The notes under the pieces were generated by a model. It was not told where the DNA came from and did no database searches. It worked only from the letters and a program-made list of their open reading frames with translations. A stretch of 64,000 bases of DNA, from NCBI GenBank assembly GCA_937893145.1, contig CALBJW010000011.1, forward strand, positions 682 through 64,681, read 5' to 3'. The translations under genes and the position numbers were made by a program. This DNA comes from an uncultured Prevotellaceae bacterium. GTDB lineage: Bacteria; Bacteroidota; Bacteroidia; Bacteroidales; Bacteroidaceae. Positions 48,213 through 57,165 of this stretch are shown one piece after another. How positions within the stretch are numbered: position 1 is the first letter of the stretch; each line of letters opens with the position of its first letter.

Positions 48213-48788
48213 TTATTGTAGAGTCTTTGTTATTTCAGATTCGATTGTTTGTTTTACTTTAGCGTTGAGTTCCTGGGACTCACCGATGAATTGGCGTTGA
48301 GGAATGTTGATGTTAAGATTCTGCTTTTTAGTAAGAGCCATATTACGCCAGAAAGAGGCAGCAGAATTTTCGTCTTTGGCTGCTTCTTTGCCTCCAGACT
48401 TGTAGAACATAGCCCAAGAGAAGCCTCGCATCTTTGGGGTCACTCTGGGATGAGTGGTACCGCCTTGGTTATGGATGGGGGCATAGATGACTGAGTTTGT
48501 GATGGTGACATTGTAGTCGCCAGGAATGTACTGTATGGAGGAAAAGAGGTGGTTACGCGATGAAAGGAGTGGACCGTATTGTGATGCTGCAGCCGAACTC
48601 GGCTGTAGTTGACGGCGAGTTTTTTTCCATTGATGAAGTCCACCATTAACGAAGCCACTTTGACGGAAATTGTCTTGGAAGTGGTCTTTAGCCATGCGCC
48701 CAACTATGATTGGTAATTTGCGTCTGGCAAGGTCTTGGAGGGCTTTTTGCTTGGATTTTATGTGGTTGATGAAAGAATTTGGGTCCAT
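48213..48788 (-). CDS. Virion morphogenesis protein (Mu G / HK97 gp10-like)
   Basis: MDPNSFINHIKSKQKAL...GRMAKDHFQDNFRQSGFVNGGLHQWKK...VIYAPIHNQGG. I place the start at the internal Met (the track extends to 48860). Confidence 0.6.
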   Translation of the reverse strand: MDPNSFINHIKSKQKALQDLARRKLPIIVGRMAKDHFQDNFRQSGFVNGGLHQWKKTRRQLQPSSAAASQYGPLLSSRNHLFSSIQYIPGDYNVTITNSVIYAPIHNQGGTTHPRVTPKMRGFSWAMFYKSGGKEAAKDENSAASFWRNMALTKKQNLNINIPQRQFIGESQELNAKVKQTIESEITKTLQ

Positions 48789-48900
48789 TGTTTGGTTGGG
48801 AATTAAAAAGTTCGTACATTTGCAGTTAGAAAAAAGATGATGGAGGTAACACGTGCCCAATGGGCTTAGGACCCGGGTTAACGCATTCCACCATCTTTTT

Positions 48901-50241
48901 TTATTTATGATAGCCTGTTATAATGTCATCAGGCTTCTTTTTTTCTATGGTGTATAATACTTCAGATCCAAATAACTTATGCACTTTAACATTTGCCCAA
49001 TATATATCATTACCTATTTTTAGTGAATAATATGTGAAGTATTCTGCTTCTGGATGTTTCTTTCTGTCTGGGTTCTTTGGGTCGAACTTTGGACTTGAAG
49101 AATCGTATGGACGGTTTTCTGCCCACCCTTCATATTTCCATCCTTTTATCTTACTCAAATCAAAGGTTGTAAGCCATTTCATGAGGTTGGCATCTTCACG
49201 ACCATGTTCGTAAACATCTTGAAGGGAACGGCGAAGAACAATAAGTTTTCCAGTGCTAAATTCTGCCCCTGATATTTCTTTTCCATCATACTGGTCAATC
49301 TGCTTCTTAACCTTTTTTAAGCGTGCTGCTGCATTCTTATCAGCTCTGTTCATCCCAGGAATGCAACCATCTATAAACTGACAGTTGTAGCAGTGTTTCT
49401 TTTGTGCCGTGAACGGCAGCCAACGGGATAAGCCGTTGGAATGGGAGCTACTGGCATGGAAAGGGCATGAGGAACAGTCGTCGGGGAAGTAGGGATGATC
49501 CTGAGAAAAGACTTGGGGAGAGCCTGCTTTGGTTTTGAGACCTTGATGAGAGTCGGAACCAGGGGCGGTTCCTCCTTCAACCTTGCCGTCAGGGATTGGA
49601 GTGACAGGGTCGGTGGTGGAGGAGAGGGAGCACTTGCAGTTCCAACGATCGCCAGGGCGGTGGTCGTTCCAGAAGGAATCATCAACAGGACGGACTGTGT
49701 TCCAAAAGACTTGGTGGTCAGCTCCTGGATGGGCAGATGTGGAAGGCATCCATTTGAGATTAGGGAGAATGTCTTTCTCTGCTTGGAACTGTTGCCAGTC
49801 AGCAGCCTGATGAGCACGGATGATTGCCGTGTCATATTCTGTCTGAAGCCACGAACCTACTTGATGGGATGCTATTGGTGCAACATCCTCAGACCACTGT
49901 TTGAATGACTTTAGATTGCCATTAGAATCAAGGAGCTGAGCTGCCATATCACGCTGGAGGCGGTGAACCTTGAATGCAGCAAAGACCTCGTTGGAATGAT
50001 GGAGAGCATTGCGGAAGGCATGGTCTGGGTCATAGGCTGATTGCGAAATGCCTTTGTCTGTGGCTTGGGTTATGATGCGAGCAGTTTCTTGGAAAAGACC
50101 AGGATCGAGTTCCGTGAGAGGGTCAAGGTCAGAAGAGACATAGATGGCACGGAGTGCATCGGCGAGGACTGAGGAATCAAAGCTGAACCCTTCTCCAATA
50201 GCACGAGGAACTTGTATGCCATAAAGGTCATTCATTACCAT
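48901..50241 (-). CDS. MuF/SPP1-gp7-type head morphogenesis protein with Cys-rich linker and ~150-aa low-GC C-terminal cargo domain
   Basis: The MuF core has ...AHQAADWQQF...WMPSTSAHPGADHQVFWNTVRPVDDSFWNDHRPGDRWNCKCS. It is followed by DDCSSCPFH...HCYNCQFIDGC and an AT-rich terminal module ...LIVLRRSLQDVYEHGRED...YFTYYSLKIGNDIYWANVKVHKLFGSEVLYTI. Confidence 0.75.
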   Translation of the reverse strand: MVMNDLYGIQVPRAIGEGFSFDSSVLADALRAIYVSSDLDPLTELDPGLFQETARIITQATDKGISQSAYDPDHAFRNALHHSNEVFAAFKVHRLQRDMAAQLLDSNGNLKSFKQWSEDVAPIASHQVGSWLQTEYDTAIIRAHQAADWQQFQAEKDILPNLKWMPSTSAHPGADHQVFWNTVRPVDDSFWNDHRPGDRWNCKCSLSSTTDPVTPIPDGKVEGGTAPGSDSHQGLKTKAGSPQVFSQDHPYFPDDCSSCPFHASSSHSNGLSRWLPFTAQKKHCYNCQFIDGCIPGMNRADKNAAARLKKVKKQIDQYDGKEISGAEFSTGKLIVLRRSLQDVYEHGREDANLMKWLTTFDLSKIKGWKYEGWAENRPYDSSSPKFDPKNPDRKKHPEAEYFTYYSLKIGNDIYWANVKVHKLFGSEVLYTIEKKKPDDIITGYHK

Positions 50242-51611
50242 TCTAAAGCTGCCCCGTTGGTAGGGGCTGGGACGAAAAAACCTCGTAGCCAGTTTTTGAG
50301 AGACTTCTTCTGTGGTTGATTAGGACTCACCACCTGTTTCTTTTTAGTATCATTTTCATCGTCCACATCTTCCTCTTCAATTATAACTTCCTGTTGATGA
50401 TGGTTTGGTGGCTGCTGATTGGACTGTTGCAACTGCTGTGACTTCATTTTGTCATAGTCCTTAGGCTTCTCAACCCCAAATTCCTCATACAAATAATCAT
50501 CATCAACAGGAAGGTTGAAGTTTTGCTTGAGCTGAGTAAGCAAGGACATTTTTGTATTAGGGTCAACATCCTTCTGTTCTGGATAGCAGAACTCACCACC
50601 AGCCACCTTGATACCAAGAGACTCAAAGATGTCTGCCATGTCATAATTTAGAACATCTAAGATGAAACGCTGATCTGCAAGTGTCACTTTGTCTTCTACC
50701 TTCTTGTGTACTGTTCCAAGTGCCTGAGTTCCGTTCTCATTAGACTCTGTTGTGAGAGTGTTGCCGAGAATGAGTTTAGAAAGTTCGTTGTTGCATCGCT
50801 CACAAAGACGTTCGTACACATCTGCAGAACCTGTCTTGTTGCCAGCCTCTACAAGTTTGAGTTCCGTGTCCTTGCCATGAACAAAGACAGCGAGGGCTCC
50901 AGCATTAGAGGAGTCTTCGAGAGCACGACGGCGTGAGTCGTCATCGTCGGTGTCGTAGGTGTATTCCTGAATAGGCATACCGAAAACCTCAGAGAACTGT
51001 GCCCAGTCTGCTGTTGTGTTGCGCTTATAGATAACCCAAGGTGCAGCTTTGGCGAGAAGACCAAGTTCGCGAGGAGTACCGACGAAAAGAAGGTCTGGGT
51101 ACTCATCCCATGAAGTGCCTGTGATGTCAGTCTGCTGACGGAGAATGATACGCTTGATAGGGTCAGCGTGTTTGCGAGGAACGAGGTCATAGTTAGCCCA
51201 TTCCCCATCCTTGTAGAACTGAAGGAGGGAGAAACCCCAGAACTTGGCATCAAGGATGTCAGAAATCAGACGGTTGAACCAAGGAGAACGTATTTGCTCA
51301 TTGACAGTTTCGTCTGGTTTGCCATTGCGTCGAAATTCAATATCAGAGCAAAGAATGGCGTTTTTACGCTTCTCTATGACACATGTGAGGTGAGTGTCAA
51401 GGAGAATGTCTGAATAGAGGTCATAGAGCTTGTATCGGCGTGAGAAATCAACATTCTCAGCAGACTGGATGGCAGCCATGAAGTCGGAGGTGTCAATGCC
51501 AAATCTTTTAGGCTGGGAAAGGATTATTGTGTTTGGACGCGATTGACCAGGTATTGGAATGTTACCGCCTGATGTGATGCGTCCTTTTGGGAGTTTGGTC
51601 TTTTTACTCAT
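50235..51611 (-). CDS. Portal protein (Mu gp29/DUF935-like)
   Basis: 458 aa with an acidic C-terminus. It lies between the TerL/DUF1320-like genes and MuF. The assignment is mostly positional. Confidence 0.65.
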   Translation of the reverse strand: MSKKTKLPKGRITSGGNIPIPGQSRPNTIILSQPKRFGIDTSDFMAAIQSAENVDFSRRYKLYDLYSDILLDTHLTCVIEKRKNAILCSDIEFRRNGKPDETVNEQIRSPWFNRLISDILDAKFWGFSLLQFYKDGEWANYDLVPRKHADPIKRIILRQQTDITGTSWDEYPDLLFVGTPRELGLLAKAAPWVIYKRNTTADWAQFSEVFGMPIQEYTYDTDDDDSRRRALEDSSNAGALAVFVHGKDTELKLVEAGNKTGSADVYERLCERCNNELSKLILGNTLTTESNENGTQALGTVHKKVEDKVTLADQRFILDVLNYDMADIFESLGIKVAGGEFCYPEQKDVDPNTKMSLLTQLKQNFNLPVDDDYLYEEFGVEKPKDYDKMKSQQLQQSNQQPPNHHQQEVIIEEEDVDDENDTKKKQVVSPNQPQKKSLKNWLRGFFVPAPTNGAALEW

Positions 51612-51623
51612 TGTTGTATAGTT

Positions 51624-52049
51624 TTATAAGCGTGTTGAACGCTTGGGATTGGACTTGAATAGGGTTGATGAAGAAGCAGCCCTTTCTTCTTCTGGAAGTA
51701 ACGGAGCTCCTTCGATGGAGATCGCTTCGGATGCAACAGCTTTCATCCATTCCACAGCACGCTCATAGCGGTCTTTTCGGATTTGAGAAATCTTCTGTGG
51801 GTTGTGGATAGAGAAAATATGATATACGGCAATGTCGAGTACCATCATGAGGATGAGCTGGTGTCGCTGATCGCCTGTCTGTGAGAAGATGGCATTGCAG
51901 TCGTAGCGTTTTGAGAGATAGCAACGAAGTTCTGCAATGGCACGGTCTTCGCATATTTCGATGACTGTTTCATCATTTCGGGTGAGCGCATCGAGAATGT
52001 CACGATGGACTGATGCGTCATAGTCTGAGAGTTGTACAAATTGACTCAT
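51624..52049 (-). CDS. DUF1320 (Mu gp36-like) head-tail connector protein
   Basis: MSQFVQLSDYDASVHRDILDALT...AIAELRCYLSKRYD...LDIAVYHIFS...RYERAVEWMKAV fits the gp36 family pattern. Confidence 0.6.
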   Translation of the reverse strand: MSQFVQLSDYDASVHRDILDALTRNDETVIEICEDRAIAELRCYLSKRYDCNAIFSQTGDQRHQLILMMVLDIAVYHIFSIHNPQKISQIRKDRYERAVEWMKAVASEAISIEGAPLLPEEERAASSSTLFKSNPKRSTRL

Positions 52050-52052
52050 ATA

Positions 52053-53585
52053 CTATATTCGATGTTTGTTTGTTCTTGACTTGGTTTTGCGAGAAACTGT
52101 GACTGGTTTGTCGGTGCGTCGTGCAATCTGGTCGATGATGCGATTGCCACCTTCCACGGCATCAGGTCCATCTGCAGGATAGCGGAGAGAGAGGGTGAAG
52201 AGCGAGAACTGATCATCGAGTTCCTTCATGTGAGGGTTATCACGCTCAGCCTGGTTGAGAATAAGATTGCCCTCACGATTCATAGGCTCCAGATTGGCTT
52301 CGATACGAGTTGCCTTCTCTGTCTTCTTCTCTTCATCGCCTCGGATATAGAGTGTGATGTTATGCTCCTGACGCGCTTTTTTAACGAGCGGTTTGAATAC
52401 TTGTTGGAAGAATGGATCCTGAAGCTTGTTGTTCTCCATGTAGCAATAGACGGTAGATTTTCCACCTACATATTCGAGAAGTTTGACATACCACTCGATG
52501 AACTCAGAGTTTAGAGCCTGTGAGAGGAAAGTCTTGATGACATAGAGTTTGCCATCGAGTTTGCCAAGGAGAGAAACAGTCTTGAAGGATTTACCCTTTT
52601 TGCCTTTTGACTCACCAGGTGCAGGGTCGCCGTATGCAACGAGGAACTTGAACTTGGAAAGTGGAGGCACTTTGCCGTAGGTCAGTTTCTTGAAAATCTC
52701 ACCTTCAGATATAGGATTGTTGAAATACTCACCTTGCTGTGTCTTGGTGGAAATCTTTGAGAGAGTGCGGTCGATGTCAGCTTCAGTATTCTTCTCTGGC
52801 CATGTGGAGCGTCCTTCTTTGTCGCGTATGTTGACAATATCCCAATGGTCAGCCATCTCTCCTGCACGCTTGACGCAACAGTCTTTAGCGATGATGTTGC
52901 CACAGAAGATGATGGTGGTAGGTTCGGAAATGGAACGTGTAGGATAAAGGGCTTTTTCCCACCACTCCCAACGCTTGTTGATAGTGTCAGGATTTTGGCA
53001 GTCTTCATCGGTGTCGAAGTCATCCACGAGGAGCACATCAGGTCGTATCGCTTCATTGCGAGAACCACGAGGAGACTGACCTGCGCCGATGGCACGGAAA
53101 GCTACACCTGACTTGGTTATGAACTCGTCTTCAGTCCAGGAACCAAGAGTTTCCTGTTTGCCATAATAAGCGATGATGCGTCCGTTAGCTTCGAGGTTTG
53201 CACGATATGGGGCGAGAAGACGCATCGCATTGTCCTTAGAATTGGATGTTAGAATGACATTCTTTTTGCGTTTGGTCAGCGTTATATACAGGACTATAAA
53301 CATGGTCACGGTAGATTTTGCGAGTTCACGAGACCATGAGAGGACTTCAAACCATTCGTCATTAGCAATGATGCGTCTGATAGCCTTCTTGTGGAAATCT
53401 GCGAACTCGTATTTAGCATAACCAGGAAAGAAGAACTTAATCCATTCTATAGGGTGTGCTTCGAGATAGAGACGGTGCTTCTCTCGTTCAGCATGAGAGA
53501 GATTGCGATCGACAGGAGTAGAGCGAGCGATGTCCTCCTTGTATTTCTCCCAGTCGAGGAGAGCTAATTTGTCTGATTGCTTCAT
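52053..53585 (-). CDS. Terminase large subunit
   Basis: 510 aa. It has an ATPase region plus an acidic nuclease-type motif LLVDDFDTDED. It overlaps the TerS stop by 4 nt. Confidence 0.7.
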   Translation of the reverse strand: MKQSDKLALLDWEKYKEDIARSTPVDRNLSHAEREKHRLYLEAHPIEWIKFFFPGYAKYEFADFHKKAIRRIIANDEWFEVLSWSRELAKSTVTMFIVLYITLTKRKKNVILTSNSKDNAMRLLAPYRANLEANGRIIAYYGKQETLGSWTEDEFITKSGVAFRAIGAGQSPRGSRNEAIRPDVLLVDDFDTDEDCQNPDTINKRWEWWEKALYPTRSISEPTTIIFCGNIIAKDCCVKRAGEMADHWDIVNIRDKEGRSTWPEKNTEADIDRTLSKISTKTQQGEYFNNPISEGEIFKKLTYGKVPPLSKFKFLVAYGDPAPGESKGKKGKSFKTVSLLGKLDGKLYVIKTFLSQALNSEFIEWYVKLLEYVGGKSTVYCYMENNKLQDPFFQQVFKPLVKKARQEHNITLYIRGDEEKKTEKATRIEANLEPMNREGNLILNQAERDNPHMKELDDQFSLFTLSLRYPADGPDAVEGGNRIIDQIARRTDKPVTVSRKTKSRTNKHRI

Positions 53586-54025
53586 AATTTATCTTTGATG
53601 AAAGCGTCAGCGAGACGCGTGAGTTCTTTTGCTTTTTCGAGATCTACAGGACGGAGCCATTCGATGAACTGTGTGAGTACAGAAATGATGTCAGCAATGC
53701 CAACATCAGTTTCCATCTTCTTGATGGTTGATGAGAGTTTCCCAAGAATGTCAGCTTCGGCGGTAGTGGCAAATCGCTCACCTTCAGGGCGTGCTGCTAT
53801 GACCTTGTTTATTTCTGCGACTTGGCGGTAGAGATTAGAAATCTGCTCCTCTCTGGTGAGAGTTATTCCGACCTTCTGCTGTTCCCACTTTTCAGTGTTT
53901 ATCCACTTGTTGATAGTTATGCGAGAGACACCTACGCGGTCAGCAATTTCTTGCTGAGTAAGGTTCTCTTTGAGGTATAGGGTCTTTGCCCATTCTTTTT
54001 TTTGAGAGATTGATAGTTCTGCCAT
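53582..54025 (-). CDS. Terminase small subunit (HTH)
   Basis: LTQQEIADRVGVSRITINKWI is an HTH. It is the first gene of the leftward late block. Confidence 0.65.
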   Translation of the reverse strand: MAELSISQKKEWAKTLYLKENLTQQEIADRVGVSRITINKWINTEKWEQQKVGITLTREEQISNLYRQVAEINKVIAARPEGERFATTAEADILGKLSSTIKKMETDVGIADIISVLTQFIEWLRPVDLEKAKELTRLADAFIKDKL

Positions 54026-54049
54026 GACTTTTTATTATGAAATGTGGTG

Positions 54050-54180
54050 CAAAGTTGGTGATTTTTTGGGAGTTAAAAAAATGAAGACCGCATGATAACA
54101 AGTTAAAACGGCATGATGAAGTTATAAAGTTTTATGATAAAATGGCGATTTTTTTATGTCGGAAATTTGTCGCAACTTTG
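54050..54180. promoter_or_regulatory. Divergent late promoter region with two inverted CAACTTTGCA cores
   Basis: Minus-strand caactttgca (complement of 54048-54057) lies 25 nt upstream of the TerS ATG. Plus-strand caactttgca lies at 54173-54182, facing the lysin/head/tail genes. Confidence 0.45.
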
Positions 54181-54269
54181 CAAGCGAAAACGCATCAGAG
54201 GGCGTGGAGGGACGGTGCTGCCGTCAAGTGAAAATGATCGTAGCCCTCCCTACCTAATGGGCGTGAGAA

Positions 54270-54298
54270 CCCTGCGGAAAAACCGCAGGGAACAGTAG
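54270..54298 (+). repeat. Prophage intergenic hairpin repeat, copy 8
   Basis: ccctgcggaaaaaccgcagggaacagtag; lies in the leader of the endolysin gene. Confidence 0.8.
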
Positions 54299-54319
54299 CA
54301 AAGAAAATACATAATAAAG

Positions 54320-54976
54320 ATGAAAATACTTATAGATAATGGTCATGGCGTGAATACTGCAGGCAAGTGCTCGCCAGACAGAAACCTTCGAGAATATGCA
54401 TACACAAGAATCATAGCCCAAAGACTCTTGGACAAACTGAAGGCTGCAGGATATGATGCTGAGCGAATCGTGGTAGAAGATACTGACATTACTCTCGGTG
54501 AAAGATGCAGACGTGTGAACAGAGTATGTGACCGACTGGGAAAGAATAATGTGATATTCGTATCTATCCATGTGAATGCAGCACCTGGTAGAGGTGTTGA
54601 CTGGAAAGCAGCTGGTGGATGGGCAGCTTACACATCGAGAGGACAGACAAAGGCCGATAAGTTTGCAGAGTGTCTGTATGATTCGGCAAAGGTACATCTT
54701 CAGAAGTATGCAAGACAGATGGAAGAAGGCAAAAAGACTGGAGTGTACGGAACGAATCAGCGACCATACCGCACAGACAAGACTGATGGCGATAGCGATA
54801 TAGAAGCAGGATTCTATGTGCTCGTACATACAGAATGTGCTGCTGTACTGACAGAGAACCTGTTTATGGATAATAAGTCAGATGTGAAATATCTGCTTTC
54901 TGATGAAGGAAAGAATGCTATTGTGGATCTGCACTTTGAAGGCATCGTGAGGTACATCAGAAGCGTAAGAGGTTAA
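54320..54976 (+). CDS. N-acetylmuramoyl-L-alanine amidase (Amidase_3-type endolysin)
   Basis: MKILIDNGHGVNTAGKCSP...YAYTRIIAQRL...FVSIHVNAAPG...ENLFMDN is present. Confidence 0.8.
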   Translation: MKILIDNGHGVNTAGKCSPDRNLREYAYTRIIAQRLLDKLKAAGYDAERIVVEDTDITLGERCRRVNRVCDRLGKNNVIFVSIHVNAAPGRGVDWKAAGGWAAYTSRGQTKADKFAECLYDSAKVHLQKYARQMEEGKKTGVYGTNQRPYRTDKTDGDSDIEAGFYVLVHTECAAVLTENLFMDNKSDVKYLLSDEGKNAIVDLHFEGIVRYIRSVRG

Positions 54977-55017
54977 AAGAAGCCCGAATTGTGACTATAT
55001 AAAAACGAAAACAAAAT

Positions 55018-56049
55018 ATGAATAAATTTTTCAATATGATAGCTAAGGGCTCAACATGCAGCATACTTCTGTATGGTGATATTGGTGAGCGCGACAAGGT
55101 GCGCAGTGGTGATATTGCACGCGAGCTCCTTGAAGCCGAGGCTATGTACAAGAACATTGATGTGCGCATCAACAGTTATGGTGGTGATGTGTACAGTGGC
55201 ATAGCCATCTTCAACGCATTGCGTAACAGCAAGGCGAACATCAATGTCTATATAGATGGTGTGGCTGCAAGCATGGCAAGTGTGATAGCCATGTGTGGAA
55301 AGCCTGTGAAGATGAGCAAATATGCAAAGCTTATGCTTCACAATGTCAGTGGAGGTTGCTACGGCAATAAAAAGGAAATGCAGAAGTGCATCAACGAGAT
55401 TGAGACACTGGAGGACACTTTGTGCCAGATGTACAGTGCCAAGACAAAACAGGACAAAGAGGCTATTAAGGCGAAGTATTTTGATGGTGAAGACCATTGG
55501 ATGAACGCTGATGAAGCACTTGCACTCGGTTTTGTGGATGGAATTTATGATGCAGAACCAGTGCCAGAAGATGCTACTGCAGAACAAGTGTATCAAATTT
55601 TTAACAATCGGCTCGTTGAGCCCCAAAACTCAAATAACATGAATATAGAAGAACTCAAAAAGCGTCCGCAGTTCAAGGACTGTGCGACTGATGAGGATGT
55701 GATTGCTCGCATTGCCCAGCTGGAAAGCGAAGCTGCTACAGCAAAGAACCTCACAACAGAGAACGCCCGTCTGAAGGGTGAAGTGAAAACATTCAAGGAT
55801 AAGGAGGCGGCAGCTACAGATGCAGCAAACAAGGCACTCCTCGATGCGGCAGAACAGGATGGTCGTATTGACGCTAAGACTCGCCCAATGTATGAGAACC
55901 TCTTGAAGTCAGATCCTGAGAATTGCAAGGGTATTCTCGCGACACTCCAGCCAAAGCGTATGGTGATGCAAGACCTTAATATCCAGCCTGAGCACGAAAG
56001 CCCTTGGGATAAGCGCATGAAGGAAATTGAGGCTAAGTGCAAGCATTAA
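55018..56049 (+). CDS. ClpP-family head maturation protease fused to a coiled-coil scaffold domain
   Basis: The N-terminal half has INSYGGDVYSGIAIFNAL...DGVAASMASVIAMCG...MLHN (Ser/His protease). The C-terminal half is Ala/Lys/Glu-rich coiled coil. Confidence 0.75.
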   Translation: MNKFFNMIAKGSTCSILLYGDIGERDKVRSGDIARELLEAEAMYKNIDVRINSYGGDVYSGIAIFNALRNSKANINVYIDGVAASMASVIAMCGKPVKMSKYAKLMLHNVSGGCYGNKKEMQKCINEIETLEDTLCQMYSAKTKQDKEAIKAKYFDGEDHWMNADEALALGFVDGIYDAEPVPEDATAEQVYQIFNNRLVEPQNSNNMNIEELKKRPQFKDCATDEDVIARIAQLESEAATAKNLTTENARLKGEVKTFKDKEAAATDAANKALLDAAEQDGRIDAKTRPMYENLLKSDPENCKGILATLQPKRMVMQDLNIQPEHESPWDKRMKEIEAKCKH

Positions 56050-56051
56050 GA

Positions 56052-56079
56052 CCCAACGTGAAAGCGAAGTGAACAGTGG
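56052..56079 (+). repeat. Prophage intergenic hairpin repeat, copy 9 (degenerate stem)
   Basis: cccaacgtgaaagcgaagtgaacagtgg; starts 2 nt after stop 56049. Confidence 0.65.
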
Positions 56080-56111
56080 CAAAAGAACCATAAACCATAA
56101 ATAACAGATAT

Positions 56112-57083
56112 ATGGCAATAGTAGTAAAAAACACCAATTACAATGGCGAGGTACTGGAACAGATCCTTACACTCGCCGCAACAGGCAATGAGATTGTCGA
56201 AAAGGGACTCGTTATGATTATCCCTGGTGTGGAGAAGAAAATCAGTCTTCCACGCCTCAAGAGCGGCAAGATGTTGCAGAAGCGTAAAGAAGATCCTCAG
56301 AAGAGCGACAGCAAGGGTGACTTCAACTATGATGAGAAGTCGCTTGACCCTGTTGACTTCATGGCCTTCACAGTATTCAACCCTCGTGCCTTCGAGCAGA
56401 TTTGGCGCAAGTGGCAGCCAAAGGGCAATCTCGTATTTGCTCAGCTCCCTCCAGAAGGACAGAACGCTCTCCTTTCAGAACTCAGCAAGCAGGTTCAGTT
56501 TGAACTTGGCGATCACTATGTGAACGGTGAGTTCGGTGACGACGATGATCACCTCATGAACGGTATTCTCACACAGGCAGCTAAAGACAAGAACTGCATC
56601 ATTGTGGAGACAACAGAGACCACCATGGTCAAGAAGCTCTATGCTATTCGCAATGCGATTCCAAAGGCAATCCGTAACAATCCGAACTTGAAGATCCTCA
56701 TGAGCATTGATGACTTCGACAAGTACGATGACGAGCTCACAGAACGCGAGAACAAGAACGCCAGCGAGACTGACGTGAACCAGAAGCGTTTCAAGGGCAT
56801 TCAGATTGAGACAATCGCATCGTGGCCAGATGACCTTATCGTAGCAACTCTCTGTTCAACTGGTAGCAATGGTAACTTGTTCGTGGCGGTGAACCTTCAG
56901 GACGATGAGGATGTCATCCAGATTGACAAACTCAGTGCTGCAAGCGAGCTCTATTTCTTCAAGCTTTTGATGAAGGCAGATACAAACATCGCCTTCGGTG
57001 AAGAGTTCGTTGTGCTTGACAAGCGTAAGGTTCCTAAGTTCGTGAAGGCAGCAGCTGCTGAGCAGGCAGAAGAGGGCGAGTAG
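56112..57083 (+). CDS. Major capsid protein
   Basis: A 323-aa ORF directly after the protease-scaffold gene. The assignment is positional plus size. Confidence 0.65.
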   Translation: MAIVVKNTNYNGEVLEQILTLAATGNEIVEKGLVMIIPGVEKKISLPRLKSGKMLQKRKEDPQKSDSKGDFNYDEKSLDPVDFMAFTVFNPRAFEQIWRKWQPKGNLVFAQLPPEGQNALLSELSKQVQFELGDHYVNGEFGDDDDHLMNGILTQAAKDKNCIIVETTETTMVKKLYAIRNAIPKAIRNNPNLKILMSIDDFDKYDDELTERENKNASETDVNQKRFKGIQIETIASWPDDLIVATLCSTGSNGNLFVAVNLQDDEDVIQIDKLSAASELYFFKLLMKADTNIAFGEEFVVLDKRKVPKFVKAAAAEQAEEGE

Positions 57084-57089
57084 GCTTGA

Positions 57090-57116
57090 CCTCGGTAAAA
57101 CCCTCGGAAACGGGGG
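57090..57116 (+). repeat. Prophage intergenic hairpin repeat, copy 10
   Basis: cctcggtaaaaccctcggaaacggggg; starts 6 nt after the capsid stop. Confidence 0.7.
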
Positions 57117-57120
57117 CTGA

Positions 57121-57148
57121 CCTGCAGCAGAACTGCAGGGAAAATAAC
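57121..57148 (+). repeat. Prophage intergenic hairpin repeat, copy 11 (tandem with copy 10)
   Basis: cctgcagcagaactgcagggaaaataac. Confidence 0.7.
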
Positions 57149-57165
57149 TAAATAATGAGTAAGGG

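Noticed and set aside
47740-54100. Leftward morphogenesis block as a Gin/Hin-type invertible segment
   Set aside because: I could find no inverted repeats at the two borders, and there is no invertase gene in the window. The borders coincide with ordinary convergent and divergent gene junctions.
54254-54829. 191-aa minus-strand ORF
   Set aside because: It is antisense to the clearly recognisable Amidase_3 endolysin gene (54320-54976).
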